A stretch of 64,000 nucleotides of DNA, taken from a virus (lineage: Duplodnaviria > Caudoviricetes). A program made the position numbers and the translations under genes. Below are positions 1-7,617 of the stretch, piece by piece. Position 1 is the stretch's first letter, and each line of letters begins with the position of its first letter. The notes below the pieces were generated by a model that did not search any database, was not told the DNA's origin, and saw only the letters and a program-made list of their open reading frames with translations. The stretch lies in the IMG/VR virus record IMGVR_UViG_3300022602_000025; one strand, 5' to 3'.

Positions 1-3000
1 TGCGATAAAGAATTAGAACCACAAGTACAGCAATACTTAACATCTATTGTTGGCAAACAAGTAGGTACAGCCAAGTTCTTAGGATTCAAACCAGGTAATA
101 ATCAGTTCTCTGGACTGTTCCAACTACAAGATCCACCTGTTAAAGTACAGATTGACTTTGAGTTTGGTCGTTATGATCCTAAGACTAATGCTCCAGACGA
201 GTGGTATTCATACAGTCATAGTTCAGACTGGTCGGACGTTGAAGCAGGTGTTAAGGGTGTATTCCACAAATACATAGACCGTGCATTACCATACGCTAAG
301 ACTAGTGAAAAATACGTTGCTCGTGTACTTAAGAAGAGTACAAAGATTAGCGATCAGCCTGTTGTAGATGCTGATTATAGTTTTGCTGTAGCAGGTGGTC
401 AAGGTGGTGGTGTAAGTGCCAAGTATAAGCCTTATATCGATCCTACAACAGGTGAGCCAATGATGAAAGATGGCATTCCTGTTATGCAGGAGCTACCTCC
501 TAACCAAAGAGATTACATACAAAATCTAGCACAACAGTTTGAGATCTACTTTGATCGTAAACCAAAAGGCAATGACCTTGAATTACTAAACAGTTTCCAA
601 GGTACTATACAATTAGCAAACAAATATCTTGATGATCAACAACGTCAAGAAGTTGCTAATCGTTTCTTAGACATTTGTTTTGAGCCGGGCTCACAGATGA
701 TTACTAAAAACGATCCTGCAAGTGATCGTGAAGCAAAGTTCGCAGCTATTGATCTTATGGTTGAAAGACTAAAGATGACTGATCCTCAAGGATTTAGAAA
801 ACACGCTGTTGAAATGAGCAAAGCATATGAAGATGCTTTTAGAGTTAAAAAACAACCAATGGCAGAATCTATTTTAAACGAAGCAGATCCTGAACAACCA
901 CAAGTTAAAGCACAACTACGTAAAGGCATGCCGCATTTACGTGATTTAAAGTCAGCAGACTTTTTAGATTTATTAGATGAACTACATCAAGGTAATGGTA
1001 AGTTTGAATTAAAGAATATTCCACTTAATGTTAAAGTAGACGGCTTTGGTGGACGCTTTGGTAAAAATGCAGAAGGCAAACCTTTCATGGGTACTAGCCG
1101 CACAGAGCCGCGCTATGAAGCAAGTTTTGTAAAATATCATCAACAAAAAGGAACCACTGATCCAGATATACTAGGTCGTGCTCAAATGTTTGATGACTTG
1201 TTTAATGAAATGATGGATGCTATTAAATTAGTAGATAGCAAACTAGGTAAAGATTTCTTAATCAACAAACAAGTAACTTGCGAAGTATTATATCTTCCAT
1301 TCGCTACAGAAACTCCAGAAGGCAAATTAAAGTTTGTTGGCATACACTATGACAAACTACCAGATGGTGTGCAACTAGCCCTAGTTCCTTTCCGTGTAGT
1401 AGAAGGCGACACAGGCGAAGATCTACCTGATTCAGATAAGTTTATTAAACAATTAACTAAAGTAGGTAAAGCAGGTAGTGTAATGTTTATTGACAACAGC
1501 CTAACACAGAATGAAGCGTTAGATGTTACAGCACTTGTACCTCCTATGGAAAACATAGCACAGTTTAAGGCTATGTTAGCAAGCAAGAAACGTGATCAAG
1601 CCGCAGAAGTTAAGGCCGCACTTGAGCCAGTTAAACTTGCTCTTGAAAAAGCAATCATTGAAGATCCAAATATTGTTGGTAAAGATTTATTAGGTAAGAA
1701 TTACGAAGGTATTGTTATTAACAGTCGCCTTGGTCCTATTAAAGTTACTAGTCAAGAACAACGTGATGTTATACAGGCTAAGAAAGATGCTATGGCTAAT
1801 GCTCGTACAGAACGTCCACGCGGTGAATCGAAGACCGCTGTAGTTGCTATTGGTAGTTTTGTTGGCCATAAAGGTCACGAAGAACTGTTTAACTATACAA
1901 TTAACAAAGCAAAACAATTAGGTGGTGATCCTTATTTGTTTATTGGTAATGCTGTAGGTAAAAATGATCCAATTCCTCCAGCTACTAAAGTAGAAACATG
2001 GCACAAGATGTATCCTGAATATGCCGATAACATCAGCACAGTTCAAGAAGGTGGTACACTACTACAAAAGATCAAACACGAATTAATCAATCCGTTACCA
2101 GGCAAACCTCCACGTTACGATAATATTGTTATTATGGTAGGTGAGGATCAAAAAGATATGCCTATCGCTGGCGCACTGATGAAAGCTGTTAACAAGTTCC
2201 CAGGATATGAACATGTTAATGTTAAATTAGAAGCGACACCGCGTGGCACCGGAATGAGCTTTACTAAGTTGCGTAATATTTTAAAAGATGTTAATGCGAC
2301 TCCAGAAGAACAATTAAAAGTTTGGGAACAAGGGTTCGATGTTAAAAAATTAGGTGCTGAATGGATTAAGCATCTAATGGATTTAACACGTAAAGGAATG
2401 GGCCTAGGTGAACCACACACTAGTCCAAGCGGAGTAAAAACAAATATGCCAAAGAATGACGATGACTATGCAATTAATTACGGTCCTAAAGGTCTTGCTA
2501 AACCAAAACCAGGTCGTGTTTTAAATGCACTAGTAGCACCTAAAGAACCGCAAGCAGAAAGCGTAGATGGTGGTACAGCAGAAATTAAAAAAGAGCCAGT
2601 AGGTGGCGGTAGTTATGTATCAATGAGTCACATGCCTTGGGAAGCGATTGGACCTAATCCACACGATCCTGATCCAATGAATCCGATGATCCATCATAAA
2701 TCAAATCCTGCTGCATTAAAAGATCGTATGTTAAGAGCAAGCGGACAGTTAAAAGATCTAGCGACTCGAGCACAAACAGCAAGTCCAATGGAATGGCAAA
2801 GCATCACTCGTCATTTTAAAGAACTACAAATGAACATTGACGAGATTGAACACGCACTAGCAGAGTTAGCCAAACAAAGACGTAGAGGCGGTGTTCGTAG
2901 TCGTGGCATTGATAAAAACATTGACGAAAAAATGTTGCCAGCTAGTGCATTTGCTGGTAGCAAGAAAAACAAGTTAGGTACAGCAGGTCAACTACGCAAT

Positions 3001-3558
3001 CAAAAGCGTGGCGCTCGTGCAGGTGACCTAGTCGGTGGCTCTGCAGAAAGTGTAGAAACAGAATGTGCAGGAGTCGGTACTGTTACAGCACAGAATACAA
3101 CTGTTGATGTTAAGCCAAATACATTAAACAAAGAATTGAAAGCATTTTTCCCTAAACAGAAAAAAGCAAAAACAGAAGCCGCCAATGCTGCACAACAGGC
3201 TGCTATCGCTATCGCTAAAAAGAAAGAAAAAGGTGTTGACGAAGATCAGCGACTAGATCCTAAATGTTGGAAAGGTTATCGCAAGCAAGGCACCAAAATG
3301 AAAGGTGGGACAAGAGTTAATAATTGTGTTAAAATAGGTGAAGCGTGGGAAGATGAGATTTCCAATGCTGTTAGCAAATTACTTGAAAACTTTGCAGATG
3401 GTAAAAATCCTGGACGTAAAGGTTTGGCAAAACGTAGTGGTGTTAATACCAAAGCAAGTGTTAGTGATTTAAGAAAGACAGCTAAACATAGCACAGGCGA
3501 AAAGGCTCGCATGGCACATTGGTTAGCTAATATGAAAGCAGGCAAGGCAAAGAAATGA
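1..3558 (+). CDS. 5'-truncated multidomain polyprotein: possible pol-beta-like NTase fragment + ATP-dependent ligase-like (KxDG) domain + HxGH cytidylyltransferase-like domain + short basic C-terminal modules
   Basis: Frame is open from base 1 (CDKELEPQVQQY...), so the Met at 460 is internal. Motifs: VQIDFEF (145-165), KVDGFGGRFG (1033-), YEGIVIN, GSFVGHKGH (HKGH 1867-1878). The C-terminus has CWKGY..NNCV and NFADGKNPGRKG modules separated by (I/L/V)xE sites. Confidence 0.8.
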   Translation, partial: CDKELEPQVQQYLTSIVGKQVGTAKFLGFKPGNNQFSGLFQLQDPPVKVQIDFEFGRYDPKTNAPDEWYSYSHSSDWSDVEAGVKGVFHKYIDRALPYAKTSEKYVARVLKKSTKISDQPVVDADYSFAVAGGQGGGVSAKYKPYIDPTTGEPMMKDGIPVMQELPPNQRDYIQNLAQQFEIYFDRKPKGNDLELLNSFQGTIQLANKYLDDQQRQEVANRFLDICFEPGSQMITKNDPASDREAKFAAIDLMVERLKMTDPQGFRKHAVEMSKAYEDAFRVKKQPMAESILNEADPEQPQVKAQLRKGMPHLRDLKSADFLDLLDELHQGNGKFELKNIPLNVKVDGFGGRFGKNAEGKPFMGTSRTEPRYEASFVKYHQQKGTTDPDILGRAQMFDDLFNEMMDAIKLVDSKLGKDFLINKQVTCEVLYLPFATETPEGKLKFVGIHYDKLPDGVQLALVPFRVVEGDTGEDLPDSDKFIKQLTKVGKAGSVMFIDNSLTQNEALDVTALVPPMENIAQFKAMLASKKRDQAAEVKAALEPVKLALEKAIIEDPNIVGKDLLGKNYEGIVINSRLGPIKVTSQEQRDVIQAKKDAMANARTERPRGESKTAVVAIGSFVGHKGHEELFNYTINKAKQLGGDPYLFIGNAVGKNDPIPPATKVETWHKMYPEYADNISTVQEGGTLLQKIKHELINPLPGKPPRYDNIVIMVGEDQKDMPIAGALMKAVNKFPGYEHVNVKLEATPRGTGMSFTKLRNILKDVNATPEEQLKVWEQGFDVKKLGAEWIKHLMDLTRKGMGLGEPHTSPSGVKTNMPKNDDDYAINYGPKGLAKPKPGRVLNALVAPKEPQAESVDGGTAEIKKEPVGGGSYVSMSHMPWEAIGPNPHDPDPMNPMIHHKSNPAALKDRMLRASGQLKDLATRAQTASPMEWQSITRHFKELQMNIDEIEHALAELAKQRRRGGVRSRGIDKNIDEKMLPASAFAGSKKNKLGTAGQLRNQKRGARAGDLVGGSAESVETECAGVGTVTAQNTTVDVKPNTLNKELKAFFPKQKKAKTEAANAAQQAAIAIAKKKEKGVDEDQRLDPKCWKGYRKQGTKMKGGTRVNNCVKIGEAWEDEISNAVSKLLENFADGKNPGRKGLAKRSGVNTKASVSDLRKTAKHSTGEKARMAHWLANMKAGKAKK

Positions 3559-3926
3559 GAGCGAGTGAATTTATAACTGAATCAGCTGCTTGGCAAAAAT
3601 CTAGCGGTAAGAATAAGAACGGCGGCTTAAACAAAAAAGGTGTCGCTAGTTATCGCAGAGAACATCCAGGTAGCCATTTACAAACAGCCGTAACTACTAA
3701 ACCTAGTAAGTTAAAGAAAGGTAGCAAGGCCAGCAAGCGCCGTAAGAGCTTTTGTGCTCGTATGAAAGGTATGAAGAAACACCGCACTGGAGCAAAAACT
3801 AAACGAGATCCAAATAGCCGTATTAATAAATCTCTGCGTAAATGGAACTGTGAAAGTATTGAACAAATGCAACAAATGATCATTGAAGGTGAACAAATGA
3901 TCAATAAGTTAAAACAAATTTTATGA
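3555..3926 (+). CDS. Highly basic putative head-packaged protein (DUF6321-like) with capsid-targeting-like N-terminus
   Basis: MRASEFITE N-terminus resembles the T4 internal-protein CTS MKTYQEFIAE; K/R-rich; RRKSFCARM and KWNC motifs; ATGA overlap with upstream stop. Confidence 0.65.
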   Translation: MRASEFITESAAWQKSSGKNKNGGLNKKGVASYRREHPGSHLQTAVTTKPSKLKKGSKASKRRKSFCARMKGMKKHRTGAKTKRDPNSRINKSLRKWNCESIEQMQQMIIEGEQMINKLKQIL

Positions 3927-4243
3927 AACAATACTATATAACATCTGATCATCTTCCGCAGGATAGCGATAATGACGCATATCTTGCACCAGACGATCCT
4001 ATACACGAGCTAAAGGTAGTGCAATACCTAGCAGGGCTTGGTGGTGAAGCACGATTACAGGAATATCGCGCCAAAACCGCACAGCACAACAAGGAAATAA
4101 ATAAAGGTAGTAATGTTTCAACAACAGCGGCTGAAAAAGTTCAGCTGATGAAAGATAATAATATTAAACCAGGATCTCCTGAATATATTAAACTATGGTT
4201 TAGTAAACCATTTTTAACTGGCGAAAAGCCTGTGGGAAAGTAA
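3923..4243 (+). CDS. hypothetical protein
   Basis: 106-aa ORF overlapping the upstream stop, in an operon-like run. Confidence 0.75.
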   Translation: MKQYYITSDHLPQDSDNDAYLAPDDPIHELKVVQYLAGLGGEARLQEYRAKTAQHNKEINKGSNVSTTAAEKVQLMKDNNIKPGSPEYIKLWFSKPFLTGEKPVGK

Positions 4244-4636
4244 ATGAGAGCTAGAGAATTCATAAGTGAAAAAGTAAACAAGATTCCTGCGAATCAGCAA
4301 TCTGCTACTCCTGGCATGCGTAGTCATCCAAATCTAGATAACTCTAGTCCATATCACCCATGGCGTTTTTCCGCACACTTTTTAGCTGGCGCAAATGGTG
4401 TCGACGATTATGAACACCAACCAGACCGTGATGGTCCTGCAGGTCAAGCGTTAGTTACAGTTGCATATTCAAAAGGCGATGCTGCTATTATTGATCAAGC
4501 TGAAAAAGCATTCGGCAAAGAAGCAAGGCATACAAAATTATCTCCTCCTGGTTCTAGTGAGGAAAGCGATGTAGGTACAACTAGTCCAGTAGCAAACTGG
4601 ATGAAACCAACGAAAGAAAAGAAAAGTAAAAAATGA
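4244..4636 (+). CDS. Putative head-packaged protein with capsid-targeting-like N-terminus
   Basis: MRAREFISE N-terminus, near-identical to MRASEFITE at 3555; basic C-tail. Confidence 0.7.
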   Translation: MRAREFISEKVNKIPANQQSATPGMRSHPNLDNSSPYHPWRFSAHFLAGANGVDDYEHQPDRDGPAGQALVTVAYSKGDAAIIDQAEKAFGKEARHTKLSPPGSSEESDVGTTSPVANWMKPTKEKKSKK

Positions 4637-5751
4637 GTAAACCAGAAGTATACTTAGACCTAGACGGAGTAGTAGCAGACTTTTTTACAGAGTATGCTAA
4701 ACTTGCCGGCGTTGAAAACGGCAACTACAGAGATATCCCCCCAGCAAAAACAGATCCTACACTAGACAAAATGGTAGGTACTGATTTCTTTAATCGTCTG
4801 CCTAAGTGTCCTAACGCTGATCAACTAGTACACATGATCGTAAAACTATACGGAAAATATCATGTGTGCTCAAGTCCCCTACGTGGCGATCATGAAAACT
4901 CAGAAAAATGGAAAAAGGTTTGGATTCAACGTGAATTGAAACCAGGTCCTGTTGATGTAATCATTACACCAAACAAAGCCAAATATGCAAAACAAGCAGA
5001 TGGTACACCTAACATCTTAATTGATGATAGAGGTAGTAATATCTCTGCTTGGGAAGCCGCAGGTGGTATTGGTATTAAGTATCAGGCAGATGAAGATAGT
5101 CTAAGTAAAGTAGTAGACGGATTTACTCGCGCTCGCAAGATTCTTAAAGGTGAAGAAGAACATAAACCACAACAATTAAAAAGCAAAGATCGTAGCTCAG
5201 GAAAACTAATTGCCAAGAGCGGCGACAGCGATGAAGAACCTAGTTCAGCAGCAGATGTACAAGAGAACGATGAGATAAATCCTCGTTTCCAATCTAGACC
5301 AATGATGGCTAAAGAAACTACAAGATATACTGGATCTGGAATACATCCAAAACTAGTCGATGTACTAAAACAAAGAGGTTATAAAGGACCATATCAGCTC
5401 GGTAAATTAAAAAAATGGTTTGTTCATCTTAAAGATGATGTCGGTGCAGAAGCCGATGATGAAATTATGGTTACAGGCAATGACGTCGAGTACGATGAAT
5501 GGGTTTTGAAACCAAAATACGGAATGTATGCGTTTGGTTCAGAAGGCGGATACATGGAAGGTGACGCTAATAAAGTTATCAAAAATACCGCACCATTAGG
5601 CGAGTCAGCAAGCAGTGGAGCTAGCGGAGTAAGCGGAGGAGCGTCTAATTCAGGAACTGGCCCTTACGGTAACGGTTTTGCATTTGGTGGTCCTGGGGCG
5701 GAATCAGTTAGTTCCAAAAAAAAGAAAAAGCCAAAACTTATTAAGAGATAA
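4633..5751 (+). CDS. HAD-family 5'(3')-deoxyribonucleotidase-like domain fused to a C-terminal low-complexity/basic extension
   Basis: DLDGVVADF motif I, CSSP motif II, LIDDRGSN motif IV; ~200-aa tail with xxE sites and a KKKKKPKLIKR end. Confidence 0.8.
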   Translation: MSKPEVYLDLDGVVADFFTEYAKLAGVENGNYRDIPPAKTDPTLDKMVGTDFFNRLPKCPNADQLVHMIVKLYGKYHVCSSPLRGDHENSEKWKKVWIQRELKPGPVDVIITPNKAKYAKQADGTPNILIDDRGSNISAWEAAGGIGIKYQADEDSLSKVVDGFTRARKILKGEEEHKPQQLKSKDRSSGKLIAKSGDSDEEPSSAADVQENDEINPRFQSRPMMAKETTRYTGSGIHPKLVDVLKQRGYKGPYQLGKLKKWFVHLKDDVGAEADDEIMVTGNDVEYDEWVLKPKYGMYAFGSEGGYMEGDANKVIKNTAPLGESASSGASGVSGGASNSGTGPYGNGFAFGGPGAESVSSKKKKKPKLIKR

Positions 5752-5753
5752 TC

Positions 5754-6398
5754 ATGAACGAAGCTAAAAAAGATCGTAAACGTCCAATATATACAATTAA
5801 ACCTCGTACAGGACACGCACCTACACAAACAGGTGCAGGTGCTCACAAGGATAAAAAGAAAGCTGATAAACAAGGCGATGTAAAGCATAAGAAAAAAGAC
5901 TATGCTGAAGGTCTTGAAGAATTATTATCTAAAATAGTTAAAGAAAATCGCGACATGAATGATCGCGAAGTCAATGGTAACATTATGCCTGCAGAAGGTA
6001 TGGACGAACCAGAAGGCGAAACTCTTAAAAATAGCCTACATACAATTATCCGTGTGGCAACACATCTAGACAAAAGGTTAGATGTTAATGACGATTTCCC
6101 AGAATGGGTAAGCGAAAAGATGGGTGCTATTAAAGGTATGATGGTTAGTGTTATGGATTACTTAATAAGTGATCAAGAAATGTCACAGGACCCAGATGCG
6201 ATGGAAGGTTACGGTTTCGGTGATACACCAAAGCCACAACAAAAGAATACTAAAAATACTTTTACTAAAAAAGTACCACACGGCGGACTACCTGAATCAA
6301 AAGGATGGACACACGATAGTCTAGCAGATAGACTATTTGAACATGAACGCACTTATGAAGAAAAGTTAGCGAACATGCTTAGAAAAATATCAAAGTAA
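5754..6398 (+). CDS. Putative head-packaged polyprotein (basic N-module, acidic helical module)
   Basis: MNEAKK.. start, K/R-rich module, linkers LEE/VKE/LPE/LFE. Confidence 0.65.
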   Translation: MNEAKKDRKRPIYTIKPRTGHAPTQTGAGAHKDKKKADKQGDVKHKKKDYAEGLEELLSKIVKENRDMNDREVNGNIMPAEGMDEPEGETLKNSLHTIIRVATHLDKRLDVNDDFPEWVSEKMGAIKGMMVSVMDYLISDQEMSQDPDAMEGYGFGDTPKPQQKNTKNTFTKKVPHGGLPESKGWTHDSLADRLFEHERTYEEKLANMLRKISK

Positions 6399-6901
6399 TG
6401 CACATTTTTGAAGTTGTTTCCTCGGACTACGAAATCCGTAACTATCATAAGTTAGATCGTATCCTTACCAAACTATGTGAAATGGTTGTCGAAGGTAAGA
6501 AAAGCGATAAAGATTATGGTATGGTTGCTGCAGCCGTTTTAGATCCAGATAACAATATAGTAGCCGGACTTAACTATCCTGGTGAAGATGGTAAACGCAT
6601 ACATGCAGAACATGCTGCGATTGAAGCGTATCATAAAGAGTACGGCGACATTCCAGAAGGCAGTATCATCCTAACTACACTAAGTCCATGTAATACTCAT
6701 ATGGATGAGCGTGATGGACCACCATGCGCCGATCTTATTGAACAAGCAGGCGTACTCAAAGTTTATTGCGGTTACATGGACCCTTCTCAAAACCATGGCA
6801 GTAAGGATCACAGACATTTTAATTTGATGGAAACTGAAAATCTCCAAATTAGAGAACTGTGCCAATCTTTCGCTGATACATTCCTAAAAGATTCAAAATA
6901 A
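6398..6901 (+). CDS. Zn-dependent cytidine/RibD-like deaminase
   Basis: HAEHAA ... SPC-x11-C (SPCNTHMDERDGPPC) and a GYMDP tail typical of RibD-type deaminase domains. Confidence 0.8.
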   Translation: MHIFEVVSSDYEIRNYHKLDRILTKLCEMVVEGKKSDKDYGMVAAAVLDPDNNIVAGLNYPGEDGKRIHAEHAAIEAYHKEYGDIPEGSIILTTLSPCNTHMDERDGPPCADLIEQAGVLKVYCGYMDPSQNHGSKDHRHFNLMETENLQIRELCQSFADTFLKDSK

Positions 6902-6904
6902 TAG

Positions 6905-6933
6905 TTGACACTTGTAGTAAAGTGCTATATAAT
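6905..6933 (+). promoter_or_regulatory. sigma70-consensus (early) promoter
   Basis: TTGACA(6905-6910)-N17-TATAAT(6928-6933), followed by AGGAG and the ATG at 6954. Confidence 0.85.
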
Positions 6934-6953
6934 TAGCATACAGGAGAATAATT

Positions 6954-7259
6954 ATGAGCAAAGTATTTGGCGCACCAGAGCAAGCAAAAATCAAACAACT
7001 TATTTCTGAAGGCGTTACAGTCTTACAAGAAATTGAAGATTTGAATGAAGGTCTAAGCGACACTATCAAAGCTGTTGCAGAAGAACTAGAAGTAAAACCA
7101 AGCATTATCCGTAAGGCAATTAAAATTGCACAAAAGGGTGATTGGGATCGTGTATTCACAGAGTTTGATGATCTAGAAACTATTGTTGAAGTTAGCGGCC
7201 ACGCTATTCGTCAAAGTGACTATGACGCAGAAAATCCAAATCGTAGCAACAATGATTGA
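6954..7259 (+). CDS. Phage dsDNA-binding protein (T4 DsbA / DUF2312-like)
   Basis: 101 aa, helical, with a EEL.VKPSIIRKAIKIA pattern; located upstream of the DNA polymerase. Confidence 0.55.
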   Translation: MSKVFGAPEQAKIKQLISEGVTVLQEIEDLNEGLSDTIKAVAEELEVKPSIIRKAIKIAQKGDWDRVFTEFDDLETIVEVSGHAIRQSDYDAENPNRSNND

Positions 7260-7551
7260 TGCTATATTTGGACCAACCTTAAAATGGATCAAAGATGATT
7301 TTAGAAGTCATCCTTTTCGCTTCTGTATCGAGCTTCTTGCTTGGGCTATTAGTGTTGGCTGTAGTATCACGATGGCCCTTACAGTCCCAAACCCACCTCT
7401 TCTGGTTCTTTACCCTATTTGGATCAGTGGGTGTGCTATGTACGCTTGGGCTAGTTATACTAGGAAATCATTTGGCATGTTGGCTAACTACATCTTGCTA
7501 GTAAGCATAGATTCTGTTGGTCTGATTAGGATGCTAACTAAATATTTGTGA
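7252..7551 (+). CDS. Small membrane protein (about 3 TM helices)
   Basis: Likely start is the ATG at 7252 overlapping the upstream stop; three hydrophobic stretches. Confidence 0.7.
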   Translation: MIDAIFGPTLKWIKDDFRSHPFRFCIELLAWAISVGCSITMALTVPNPPLLVLYPIWISGCAMYAWASYTRKSFGMLANYILLVSIDSVGLIRMLTKYL

Positions 7552-7589
7552 GAAAGGTCCAGCGAGCCATAAGTCGCAATATTGGTATT

Positions 7590-7613
7590 TGTCAGCCGCA
7601 AATGACATGGAGA
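7590..7613 (+). promoter_or_regulatory. Hairpin abutting the DNA polymerase Shine-Dalgarno (candidate translational operator)
   Basis: TGTCA(7590-7594)-GCCGCAAA-TGACA(7603-7607), then GGAGA (7609-7613) and ATG 7618. Confidence 0.4.
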
Positions 7614-7617
7614 AGAT

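Noticed and set aside
460-462. ORF-track start of the 1032-aa protein
   Set aside because: The frame has no stop from base 1 to 459 and reads as protein-like sequence, so the gene starts upstream of the window.
7539-7544. TAAATA before the polymerase leader and before folE (17174-17179) as late promoters
   Set aside because: A 6-mer is frequent in AT-rich DNA, these genes are expected early/middle, and there is no supporting hairpin geometry.
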